The notes under the pieces were generated by a model, which was not told where the DNA came from, made no database searches, and worked only from the letters and a program-made list of their open reading frames with translations. This document shows positions 8,532 through 16,547 of a DNA stretch of 32,000 bases, piece by piece; within the stretch, counting starts at the first letter, position 1; every line of letters starts with the position of its first letter. Position numbers and translations under genes: made by a program. The DNA comes from Thermococcus kodakarensis KOD1 (lineage in GTDB: Archaea > Methanobacteriota_B > Thermococci > Thermococcales > Thermococcaceae): contig NC_006624.1 in assembly GCF_000009965.1 (NCBI RefSeq), positions 270,001 through 302,000 of the forward strand. Direction: 5' to 3'.

Positions 8532-8986
8532 GGTTCTGGGCGGCCCTCCTTGCGGCCATGCTGATGCTCACCGTCGGCTCACTATGGGTCTACAGCTCCT
8601 ACGAGGGCAGGATAGGCTCCGCTGGGCCGGCCTTCCTCACGACATCAAAGGATGGAAACCGAACCGACATGAGCCAGGTTACGATCTACACCCCCACGAG
8701 TTCGCTCGTAAATGTCTCCTGCAACGGCAACGGAATAGTTGAGGTCTACGACATCATCACAGGGAAGTTGGTGGACAGGCACACCGTCTACGGCCATGCG
8801 AGGTACCAGATCGTTCTTCCAAGGGAAGGGGACTACCTGGTCATCAACAACCACACCGACGAGGTCTCATGTTCATTCCGCTTCGTCAAAAACTATCCGA
8901 CCAGAGAAGTCCAGAACGCCCTCTACGTTAGCGGGTCAATTTTTGCGCTACTCCTTGCCCTTATCATCTGGAGGTGGGGGAGATGA
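8528..8986 (+). CDS. Bitopic membrane protein with an extracytoplasmic beta-rich domain (unknown family)
   Basis: ORF 8459..8986. The ATG at 8528 overlaps the upstream stop (ATGA). N-terminal TM (FWAALLAAMLMLTVGSLWVY) and C-terminal TM (SIFALLLALIIW). Three N-x-S/T sequons. Confidence 0.6.
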   Translation: MRFWAALLAAMLMLTVGSLWVYSSYEGRIGSAGPAFLTTSKDGNRTDMSQVTIYTPTSSLVNVSCNGNGIVEVYDIITGKLVDRHTVYGHARYQIVLPREGDYLVINNHTDEVSCSFRFVKNYPTREVQNALYVSGSIFALLLALIIWRWGR

Positions 8987-9741
8987 AGACCATAATAGAG
9001 GCCAGAGACCTTAAAAAGCACTTCAGGAGCATCAAGGCCCTTGACGGGATTACCGTTGAGATTCTTGAAGGTGTAACGCTCATTCTCGGTCCCAACGGTG
9101 GCGGAAAGAGCACGTTCCTCAAGCTCGCCACAGGCGTTTACAGGCCGACCTCGGGAGAAATCCTCGTGTTCGGAGAGAGACCGTGGAACAACAGGAGTGT
9201 CAAGGAGCGTTTCAGCGTTGCCTATGACCCTCCTGCGTTTCCGCAGTTCGTGACGGGAAGGGAGTGGCTGAAGTTCTTCGCAGAGAGCAGGGGAGTTGGT
9301 GAGGAGTCCATAATTAAAGCTGCAGAGCTCTTCGATGCGACCTCCTTCCTGGACAAAAGGATAAGCGAGTACTCGTCTGGGATGCTGAAGAGGATTTCAC
9401 TCGCTCAGGCCTTTGTGGGGGAGCCAGAGCTGGTTTTTCTCGACGAGCCGCTGGCCAACATTGACTTCGACAGCATGGAGAAAGTCGTCGAAGTCATCGA
9501 GGGCATGAAAGGCAAGAGAAGCTTCGTGATAATCAGCCACATCTGGGAGCCATTGATGCCTGTAGTGGACTGGGTCGTCGTGATTGGGAACGGGAAGCTC
9601 GTGTTGAGCGGAAGGGCCGAAGAAGTGCAGGAAGATGTCGAGAAGCTCTTTAAACCGCGCATAAGACGTTCAAAAGAGGGAGGAGCCAAGGAAAGCCCCT
9701 CCCCCGGGCAGGAGGGTCGGCAAACTCCCACCAGCGTTTGA
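8983..9741 (+). CDS. ABC transporter ATP-binding protein
   Basis: Walker A GPNGGGKST, variant signature YSSGMLKR, Walker B LVFLDEP, H-loop IISH. The ATG at 8983 overlaps the upstream stop (ATGA). The low-complexity C-terminal tail reads through the right repeat copy. Confidence 0.85.
   Translation: MKTIIEARDLKKHFRSIKALDGITVEILEGVTLILGPNGGGKSTFLKLATGVYRPTSGEILVFGERPWNNRSVKERFSVAYDPPAFPQFVTGREWLKFFAESRGVGEESIIKAAELFDATSFLDKRISEYSSGMLKRISLAQAFVGEPELVFLDEPLANIDFDSMEKVVEVIEGMKGKRSFVIISHIWEPLMPVVDWVVVIGNGKLVLSGRAEEVQEDVEKLFKPRIRRSKEGGAKESPSPGQEGRQTPTSV
9703..9721. repeat. Right copy of the 19-bp perfect direct repeat, CCCGGGCAGGAGGGTCGGC
   Basis: Identical to 5194-5212. It lies within the last 13 codons of the ABC ATPase gene (..PGQEGRQTPTSV*). 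Confidence 0.9.
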
Positions 9742-9765
9742 AAAATCATATTTTGGATTTATTAA

Positions 9766-9771
9766 TTTTTT
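9766..9771 (+). terminator. Oligo-T tract, candidate archaeal terminator for the cassette operon
   Basis: A T6 run within AT-rich GATTTATTAATTTTTTGCC, about 25 nt after the ATPase stop. Archaeal RNA polymerase terminates at oligo-T tracts. Confidence 0.35.
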
Positions 9772-9804
9772 GCCGTATGAAGATATGAAGATTGTTATGT
9801 CTGC

Positions 9805-9858
9805 TCAGGCACGGGTCCAGGTCATCACGTTTCAGCCGGGGAGACCTGAACTCATCAT
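9805..9858 (-). ncRNA. Candidate C/D box sRNA (atypical spacer lengths)
   Basis: The minus strand reads AUGAUGA-GUUCAGGUCUCCCCGG-CUGA-AAC-GUGAUGA-CCUGGACCCGUGC-CUGA. All four boxes match consensus, with spacers of 16 and 13 nt. It starts 5 nt after the stop of the PHP gene on the same strand. Confidence 0.45.
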
Positions 9859-9863
9859 CGCCC

Positions 9864-10526
9864 TCAGAGGAACTCCTCGAAGAGGAGGTCTTCTTTCTTT
9901 CCGCCAGCCTTCTTAAAGACCTTTTCGCTCCAGCCCACGTTTCCAACTCCCTCGGGAAAGTGAGCGTCGCTCGCGAAGGTAAGCTTTATCCCCCTCTTTA
10001 TGCACTCCCGGATAAAATCCAGCTCGGGAACGCGATAGCGGGAGCTTATCTCGAAAGCCTTTCCTTTGGCTTCAGCTAGCTCGAGGACTTCATTAAGTTC
10101 CTCCACCGAGGGAAATCCGACGTAGGGGAAGTTTGCCCCAAAGTGGCCTATCACGTCCACGTTCTCATCCATCAGGGCGAGCTTCACAAGGTCGAGGTAC
10201 TCATTTGGAGTATCAACCCACTCGTGGACGCTAGCTATAACGTAATCGAGCTTTTCAGCAACGAAATCAGGAACGTCGACGCCGTTGGGGGTTATGTTCC
10301 CCTCTATGCCAGTGAGAACCGTTATCTCGGACTCATTTCCCCACCGCCTTATCTCCCTGATGTAGCGGTTGAACGTTTTGCCAACTACGTAGTGGCTGTG
10401 GTCGGTTATTCCAAGAAGTTTGAGACCTTTTTCCTCGGCTGAGGCTATGTTGTCAGCTATCGAGCCAATCCCGTCCGAATATACGGTGTGCGTGTGGGTA
10501 TCGTGCGGGAATTCGAGCATGTTCAT
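9864..10526 (-). CDS. PHP-domain phosphoesterase (HisJ-like histidinol phosphatase family)
   Basis: The N-terminal HDTHTHTVYSDG metal-binding motif, an internal DHSH, and a C-terminal SDAH are typical of the PHP family. Confidence 0.7.
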   Translation of the reverse strand: MNMLEFPHDTHTHTVYSDGIGSIADNIASAEEKGLKLLGITDHSHYVVGKTFNRYIREIRRWGNESEITVLTGIEGNITPNGVDVPDFVAEKLDYVIASVHEWVDTPNEYLDLVKLALMDENVDVIGHFGANFPYVGFPSVEELNEVLELAEAKGKAFEISSRYRVPELDFIRECIKRGIKLTFASDAHFPEGVGNVGWSEKVFKKAGGKKEDLLFEEFL

Positions 10527-10603
10527 GGTAAATGCACTCGGGCTTTAAAACGCTTCTGGACAAAATATCCAAAGTAAAGGAAGACCTTGAAGTTTGACAA
10601 AGG

Positions 10604-10611
10604 TTTAAATA
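10604..10611 (+). promoter_or_regulatory. TATA box (AAAGGTTTAAATA context) for the mutase operon
   Basis: TTTAAATA preceded by purine-rich AAAGG, about 25-30 nt upstream of the GTG/ATG cluster at 10634-10645. This suggests a leaderless or very short-leader transcript. Confidence 0.5.
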
Positions 10612-10633
10612 GGCCTGCGCCTAAGTTAGGACG

Positions 10634-11077
10634 GTGGTGCTCATGGTCGAACGCTCAAAGGTTAGGGTTCTCATCGCCAAGCCGGGTCTGGACGGCCACG
10701 ACAGGGGCGCAAAGGTCATAGCCAGAGCCCTCAGGGATGCGGGTTTTGAGGTCATCTACACCGGCATCAGGCAGACTCCGGAGCAGATAGTCGAGAGCGT
10801 TATCCAGGAAGACGTTGATGTCCTTGGTATAAGCATCCTTTCTGGGGCCCACATGGTCCTGATACCGAAGATACTCAAGCTTCTTGAGGAGAGGGGAATA
10901 AAGCCCAACGAGGACATTCTCGTGCTCGCTGGGGGTATAATCCCGCCCGACGACGCCGAGCAGCTCGAGAAGATGGGTGTCGCCAAGGTCTTCGGCCCGG
11001 GAAGCCCGATAAGCGAGATAATCAAGTTCATAGACGAGAACGTGCCAAAGCTCAAGAAGTTCAGGGAGAACGCATAA
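10634..11077 (+). CDS. Methylmalonyl-CoA mutase, small (cobalamin-binding) subunit
   Basis: [36 protein letters not shown] contains the B12-binding DxHxxG motif. This is the split archaeal form of the enzyme. The start could be GTG 10634, GTG 10637 or ATG 10643. Confidence 0.9.
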   Translation: MVLMVERSKVRVLIAKPGLDGHDRGAKVIARALRDAGFEVIYTGIRQTPEQIVESVIQEDVDVLGISILSGAHMVLIPKILKLLEERGIKPNEDILVLAGGIIPPDDAEQLEKMGVAKVFGPGSPISEIIKFIDENVPKLKKFRENA

Positions 11078-11108
11078 CTTTTTATCTTTTCTGGATGATT
11101 AATCCAGC

Positions 11109-12077
11109 GTGGTGAAGATGATAGACGGGCTTATTGAGAGGATGCTCAAGGGAGACAAGAGGGCCGCCGCGAGGCTTATAACCCTCGTCGAGAACGACGA
11201 GGAAAAGGCCCGGGAGATCGTCTCGAAGATTTATCCATACACCGGAAAAGCCTACATAGTCGGAATAACCGGGCCACCGGGGGCAGGAAAGTCAACACTA
11301 CTCGACAAGCTGATCAGGGTGGCCAGGGAAGAGGGTAAAGTCGTAGGCGTTATAGCGATAGACCCGACTTCTCCCTTCACAGGCGGTGCCCTCCTTGGGG
11401 ACAGGATACGGATGCAGAGGCACTCAACTGATCCGGGAGTCTTCATAAGGAGCATGGCAACGAGGGGTTCTCTGGGTGGACTGGCCAAGGCCACCAACGA
11501 CGCGATAAAGGTCCTCGACGCCTACGGCTGTGACGTGATCTTCGTTGAAACCGTCGGAGTCGGACAGATAGAAGTTGACATCGTAAAAACAGCAGATACG
11601 GTTGTCCTTGTCACCGTTCCCGGCCTCGGGGATGACATCCAGGCAATAAAGGCCGGTCTCATGGAGATAGCAGACATCTTCGTCATCAACAAGGCCGACA
11701 AGGAGGGGGCCGACGCCACCTACTTCGAGCTTAACCTGATGCTCGACCTCGAAAAGGAACGCTGGGAGAAGCGTGGCTGGCGGCCGCCGATAGTCGAGAC
11801 CGTCGCTACCACGATGAGGGGCATCCGCGACCTCTGGAAGGCAATAAACGACCACAAGGCTTTTCTTGAGAAGAGCGGCGAGCTTGAGAAGAAGAGGCGC
11901 TTCAGGGCAGAAGAGGAGATAAAAACAATTGTGTCGGACAGGATAGCGAGAACCGTTGGCAAAAAGCTCTCCGAGGATGAAATCTCCACACTGATTGAAC
12001 GGGTTGTTAAGAGAGAGATTGACCCGTACTCTGCCGCGGATCAGGTTATTGAAAAGGCACTGGGGGTGAAGGTATGA
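11109..12077 (+). CDS. meaB: Methylmalonyl-CoA mutase-associated GTPase MeaB/ArgK
   Basis: P-loop [13 protein letters not shown], an ETVGVGQ switch motif and NKADK. This matches the MeaB/ArgK G3E GTPase family. The start could also be ATG 11118. Confidence 0.9.
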   Translation: MVKMIDGLIERMLKGDKRAAARLITLVENDEEKAREIVSKIYPYTGKAYIVGITGPPGAGKSTLLDKLIRVAREEGKVVGVIAIDPTSPFTGGALLGDRIRMQRHSTDPGVFIRSMATRGSLGGLAKATNDAIKVLDAYGCDVIFVETVGVGQIEVDIVKTADTVVLVTVPGLGDDIQAIKAGLMEIADIFVINKADKEGADATYFELNLMLDLEKERWEKRGWRPPIVETVATTMRGIRDLWKAINDHKAFLEKSGELEKKRRFRAEEEIKTIVSDRIARTVGKKLSEDEISTLIERVVKREIDPYSAADQVIEKALGVKV

Positions 12078-12472
12078 TAAAGAAGATTGACCATGTTGGT
12101 ATTGCCGTTAAGAACCTTGAGGAGGCCATAAAAGTCTGGGAGGGCCTTGGGCTTAAGGTTGATGAGATCGAGGAAGTTCCCGACCAGAAGGTCAGGACGG
12201 CCATAATCCACGTTGGGGAGAGCAGGATTGAGCTTCTTGAGGCCACTTCGGAGGACTCTCCGATAGCCAAGTTCATTGAGAAGCGCGGTGAAGGGATACA
12301 CCACATAGCCCTCGGCGTTGACAACATCGAGGAGCACCTCGAAAAGCTGAAGGAAGCCGGCTACCGCCTCATAGACGAGAAGCCGAGGATCGGAGCTGGC
12401 GGGGCCAAGATAGCCTTCGTCCACCCGAAGTCCGTCACCGGTGTCCTCCTGGAGCTCTGCCAGAGGGACTGA
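12074..12472 (+). CDS. mce: Methylmalonyl-CoA epimerase (glyoxalase/VOC fold)
   Basis: [14 protein letters not shown]...[16 protein letters not shown]...FVHPKS...GVLLEL. The start overlaps the meaB stop by 4 nt. Confidence 0.85.
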   Translation: MIKKIDHVGIAVKNLEEAIKVWEGLGLKVDEIEEVPDQKVRTAIIHVGESRIELLEATSEDSPIAKFIEKRGEGIHHIALGVDNIEEHLEKLKEAGYRLIDEKPRIGAGGAKIAFVHPKSVTGVLLELCQRD

Positions 12473-12548
12473 ACTTCTTTTTAATTTCTCTAGGCTTCTG
12501 GAAGTTTTTTGCGGTTTTTAACTCAAATGGTTTTAGAGGCTGAAAAAA

Positions 12549-13418
12549 CTAAAGCCGCTTCGCTATTATCGGTACCTTTCCTTTCTTTTCCGTGCTTAAA
12601 GCGTTGGCTGTCTTCTCGTCTAGCACCGTCAGGACACTCTTAAACCCTATCTCTCCAGCCCGTCCTATCGCTCCGGGGATGTCTTTCTCATCTCCCCAGA
12701 GGAAGAGGCTTGCCTTTCTAGGCCTACCTGGCAAAGGCTTCAGGACGTAGTAGGAGTTGCCTACCTTCCCAGCTTCCGCGAGCTCGTGTACTCCAGCGAA
12801 GATGTCTTTAAAGCTTGAGAACCACATGTCATAGGAACTCTGAAATCTGCCGGCGACCAGTTCAAGGCCTTTCACCTTCTCCCAGGGAAAAAACTTAAGG
12901 GGCCGAACATTGTCCCCGCTGGATTTGGCAGTGGGGACTTCCACAAGCCAGTTCTCGTAGAGAACTTCGTGGAAGCCTAGCTTCCTGTAAAATCCAATTG
13001 CTTCCTCGTCCGGCTGGGTTGTTAGGAGCTCCGCTTTTCCTGCGAAGCTGCCCTCAATGTACTCGATAATCGCCCTGCCGATTCCTTTTCCTCTAAAGTC
13101 GGGGTGAACCTCTATGACATCCAGGTGGGCTATTCTCATCATCTCCCCGTTTATCTGCTCTTCCGAGAGAAAGACCTCCGCCTCACCAACGATCCTCCCG
13201 TCCAGCTCGGCTACTATGGGGTACTGACCCTCAAGAAGGAGGGCATTGATGTGGACGGCGCACGTTTCTACGCTCATCCAGGGGCCGCCGCGGAGGTATC
13301 TTTCACGAACGGAAAATCCCGAGAGCTCTTCCCCAGCAGTGTGAACATCAACTATTCCCTTAACATCATCCAGGGTTGCGACTCTTATTTCGAGGTTCAA
13401 TTTAACACCCCCTAGCAA
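12549..13418 (-). CDS. GNAT-family N-acetyltransferase with a C-terminal extension
   Basis: Acetyl-CoA-binding motif VHPDFRGKGIGRAII. The ORF begins at TTG 13418. An alternative TTG at 13400 is preceded by GGGGGTG. Confidence 0.7.
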   Translation of the reverse strand: MLGGVKLNLEIRVATLDDVKGIVDVHTAGEELSGFSVRERYLRGGPWMSVETCAVHINALLLEGQYPIVAELDGRIVGEAEVFLSEEQINGEMMRIAHLDVIEVHPDFRGKGIGRAIIEYIEGSFAGKAELLTTQPDEEAIGFYRKLGFHEVLYENWLVEVPTAKSSGDNVRPLKFFPWEKVKGLELVAGRFQSSYDMWFSSFKDIFAGVHELAEAGKVGNSYYVLKPLPGRPRKASLFLWGDEKDIPGAIGRAGEIGFKSVLTVLDEKTANALSTEKKGKVPIIAKRL

Positions 13419-13425
13419 CTCCTTC

Positions 13426-14421
13426 TCAGATCTTCCCGGCGAACAGGAGAAATTCTTTTCCGAGCGCCCTCACCGAGTAAGCCCTCATCTCTCCATCAAG
13501 AAACTTCCGAATCGCTTCAAGGGTTTTCTCACGCCTTTTTAGTATCTCCCGTGCTTCCTCCGGAGCTACTCTCTTGAACATGATTTCAGTACCGGGCCTG
13601 CTCTGGGCCAGAAACGGAAGGTCGGCCGTTATCACGGTCGCTATCTTCGCGTAGCCGCCAGTAGTCTGAGCATCGCGCATCATAACTATCGGCCTTCCGC
13701 TTCCCGGAACCTGGATGCTTCCGGGGACTAAAGGACTGGTAACGATGTCGGGCCCTTTTTCGGAGTGCTCAATAACCGGCCCCTCCAGCCGGTAGCCCAT
13801 CCTGTCGCTCTCTGGCGTTATTACGTAGGCAGAGCTCAGAAAGGTCTCGATACCGTTCTCGGTGAAGTGTTCCAAATCTGGGCCGAGGACGACCCGGATT
13901 TCCACGCTATCGCCCGAATAGTCCGGCTTCAGCTTTCGAGGCAGAGAGCAACCTTCCCTGCCCGTTAAGAGAGCGTAGCCAACACTAAGCCTATCGCCCG
14001 CTTTAAGCGGCCTCCCGAGGCCGGCCCTTGGATAGGCCGAACAGCTCCCCAAAAGTTTCTCGCACTTTACTCCGCCCGCAAAGGCAATATAGCCGTAGAG
14101 GCCGCTCCTCAAAGTCCCAACTTCGAGGATATCCCCCCTCTTCGCCCAGTAGCTCGTCCAGGGTTCGATTGGTGTTCCGTTGATCCTTACATCAACGTCC
14201 CCAGCCACCGCAAAAACCACCGAGGCGTTGAACCTCATCTTTGGCCCCGCTAGAAGGAACTCAAGGAGCGGAAAATCGCCGGGGTTTCCGACGAGGTAGT
14301 TGGCTACCCTGGCCGAGAAGTCGTCCATGAAGCCCGAGACCGGAACGCCGAGCTTTCGGTAGCCAGTTCTTCCCGCATCCTGAACGGTTAAGAGTGATGG
14401 GACGCTGAGGAGCTCAATCAT
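13426..14421 (-). CDS. pxpC: 5-oxoprolinase subunit C (PxpC; KipA / allophanate hydrolase subunit 2 family)
   Basis: QDAGRTGYRKLGVPVSG, PGSIQVPGSGRPIVMMRDAQTTGGYAKIA and similar signatures of the family. It overlaps the pxpB stop by 4 nt. Confidence 0.85.
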   Translation of the reverse strand: MIELLSVPSLLTVQDAGRTGYRKLGVPVSGFMDDFSARVANYLVGNPGDFPLLEFLLAGPKMRFNASVVFAVAGDVDVRINGTPIEPWTSYWAKRGDILEVGTLRSGLYGYIAFAGGVKCEKLLGSCSAYPRAGLGRPLKAGDRLSVGYALLTGREGCSLPRKLKPDYSGDSVEIRVVLGPDLEHFTENGIETFLSSAYVITPESDRMGYRLEGPVIEHSEKGPDIVTSPLVPGSIQVPGSGRPIVMMRDAQTTGGYAKIATVITADLPFLAQSRPGTEIMFKRVAPEEAREILKRREKTLEAIRKFLDGEMRAYSVRALGKEFLLFAGKI

Positions 14422-15104
14422 TGCTTACTCCTCCATTCGCCCCTGTAAAGCTCCACGAACTCCTCCTCGCTGATTGGTACAAACCTCACTTCATCGCCTG
14501 GCTGGAGCAGGGTCGGCGGTTCTCTGCTTGGATCGAAGAGCCTCAGCGGAGTCCTCCCTATGAGCCGCCAGCCGCCGGGGCTTTCGATTGGATAGATGCC
14601 GGTCTGCCTTCCAGCTATCCCAACCGAACCTGCAGGAACTTTTAGACGCGGTCTCTCCAGCCTTGGGGTTGCTATCCTTTCATCGACGGGACTTAAGTAT
14701 GCAAATCCCGGCAGGAAGCCGAGGAAATGGACGCGGTAGGTCTTTCCGGAGTGTATCTCGATGACATCGTCAACGCCCAGCCCGTTGTATTCCGCTACGA
14801 ACTCAATATCAGGGCCGTATTCACCGCCGTAGAGGACGGGTATCTCGATTTTCCGACCCTTGAAGGCTCCAGTGCTTACATCAAGCAACGGCTCAACGGC
14901 CTTCTTAACGTCCTCAAAGGTAACCTTCAGCGGGTCGAAGATCACCGCCAGAGAAGAGTAAGCAGGAACGACTTCAACCAGCCACCCGAAGTCTTTTCCC
15001 TCAATTGCCCTCGCAACGGCGTGGACTCTCGCGTTCACTTCGTCGTCTATGACCTCGCCGAAGGAAATGAGAAGGGCGGAGTCTCCGAGGGGCTTTATAT
15101 TCAC
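14418..15104 (-). CDS. pxpB: 5-oxoprolinase subunit B (PxpB; KipI / allophanate hydrolase subunit 1 family)
   Basis: The maximal ORF runs to 15167 but would overlap the PIN gene by 59 nt. A GTG at 15104 (giving MNIKPLGDSALLISFG, the usual family N-terminus) is preceded by AGGGTGA and lies 4 nt after the PIN stop. Confidence 0.8.
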   Translation of the reverse strand: MNIKPLGDSALLISFGEVIDDEVNARVHAVARAIEGKDFGWLVEVVPAYSSLAVIFDPLKVTFEDVKKAVEPLLDVSTGAFKGRKIEIPVLYGGEYGPDIEFVAEYNGLGVDDVIEIHSGKTYRVHFLGFLPGFAYLSPVDERIATPRLERPRLKVPAGSVGIAGRQTGIYPIESPGGWRLIGRTPLRLFDPSREPPTLLQPGDEVRFVPISEEEFVELYRGEWRSKQ

Positions 15105-15108
15105 AGTA

Positions 15109-15498
15109 TCACCCTTTGGAATTCCTGTACGGTGGGACCAAAACTGGAAGGTCTTTAATCCTACCAAAGTGTTTTACATTTCCCGTAGCGACCGTGAGAC
15201 CGTAAACTGTTGCAGTAGCCGCTATTATCGCATCTCCGAGGGAAAGTCCGTAGTCCCTCCTAAGTTCTCCGGCTAGAACCGCGATTTCAGTTGTCACCGA
15301 TAAAGCTTCAAAATGAGACAAAAAGCGAAGGAGTTTTTCACGTTTTATAGGGTCTCTTGTGTCTCTACCAGAAAACAGCTCTGCAATCGTTACTGTTGAA
15401 ATAAAAGCCCCCTCCTTGACCAGTTCGAGGATGAACTCCCTTGAGCCCTCGACCTTTCGAAGAACGTCGATTATTACGTCAGTGTCTATTAGATACAT
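15109..15498 (-). CDS. vapC: PIN-domain toxin (VapC-like)
   Basis: MYLIDTDVIIDVL is the usual PIN N-terminus with the first catalytic Asp. Later acidic residues include GDAIIAATA. I prefer the ATG at 15498 to the 15555 ORF start. Confidence 0.8.
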   Translation of the reverse strand: MYLIDTDVIIDVLRKVEGSREFILELVKEGAFISTVTIAELFSGRDTRDPIKREKLLRFLSHFEALSVTTEIAVLAGELRRDYGLSLGDAIIAATATVYGLTVATGNVKHFGRIKDLPVLVPPYRNSKG

Positions 15499-15682
15499 CC
15501 CTGTCCCACTCCTTCCGGAGCTTCTCAAGGTCGATGTCTTCTTCAAACAGCCCAAATACGTCGTTTAAGTCCCGTATGAATTCGTCGAGTATTATTATCT
15601 TGACCCTTTTCTTTTCTGGAAGTGTCAGTTTCTTCAGAGGCTTCAACACGCCATTTTCATAAACAGCCTCAATGACACCCAT
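15479..15682 (-). CDS. DUF104 (AF2212-like) antitoxin-family protein
   Basis: MGVIEAVYENGVLKPLKKLTLPE is the hallmark DUF104 N-terminus. It overlaps the PIN start by 20 nt. Confidence 0.75.
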   Translation of the reverse strand: MGVIEAVYENGVLKPLKKLTLPEKKRVKIIILDEFIRDLNDVFGLFEEDIDLEKLRKEWDRDVSNRH

Positions 15683-15720
15683 TTTCTCACCATGTATACT
15701 TTCGCTACATATCCATAAAT

Positions 15721-16497
15721 CTAACGGATTATCTCCTTCATCGGCACTATCTTAACACCTTCTTCCTCCAGCACTTTCCTGATGTGCGCGGCTATCTCTA
15801 CAGCTTTCGGGTTGTCTCCGTGGAGGCAGATGGTATCTACCTTCAGCTCGACCCACTCACCGTTGATTGCCCTAACGCCGCCGTCCTTGACCATCGAAAT
15901 CACGCGCTCGGCTATTTCTTCTTTGTCTTCTATCACCGCTCCGGGCTTCGAGCGCGGGACGAGGGTTCCATCAGGGTTGTAGGCCCTGTCTGCGAAAACC
16001 TCGTGGGCAACCTTAACGCCCATCTCCTCAGCAATCTCCGCAGGTCTCGACCCGGAGAGGGTCACGAAGATCAGGTTTTTGTCGAAGTCCGCTATTCCCT
16101 CGATTACCCCGCGGGCGAGCTCTTCTTCCTTCACGAGGGCGTTGTAGAGAGCACCGTGAGGTTTAACGTGCTGGAGCTCTATGCCTTCTGCTCTTACAAA
16201 GGCGTAGAGCGCCCCCACCTGGTAGAGGATGTAGTTCCTTGCTTCATCGTAAGTGAGCTTCATATATCTCCTGCCGAAGCCGAGAAGGTCTGGGTAGCCC
16301 GGATGAGCGCCAACGGCTACACCATTCTCCTTCGCGAGCTTTACCGTCTTCCTCATGACGAGGGGGTCTCCCGCATGCCAGCCCGTCGCGACGTTCGCCG
16401 AGGTGATGTACTTCATAACTTCCTCGTCGAGGCCGAGCCTATACCTCCCAAAGCTCTCGCCGAGGTCAGCGTTGAGGTCGACCTTCACATTCCTCAC
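15721..16497 (-). CDS. pxpA: 5-oxoprolinase subunit A (PxpA; LamB/YcsF family)
   Basis: [13 protein letters not shown]-terminal motif, ATGWHAGDP and KPHGALYN. Confidence 0.9.
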
Positions 16498-16547
16498 CGA
16501 CTTCGTTTCGACGCAAATCTAAAAAAGCCTTTCTCCAAGGTTTCCTC

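Noticed and set aside
5194-9721. Interpreting the repeat-bounded cassette as a classical mobile element such as an IS, transposon or provirus.
   Set aside because: There is no integrase, transposase, terminal inverted repeat or tRNA target in the window. Only the direct repeat and the compositional contrast support mobility, so I report it as a finding rather than annotating a mobile_element.
9777-9792. Tandem ATGAAGAT x2.
   Set aside because: It is too short and simple to interpret alone. I mention it only as part of the AT-rich flank.
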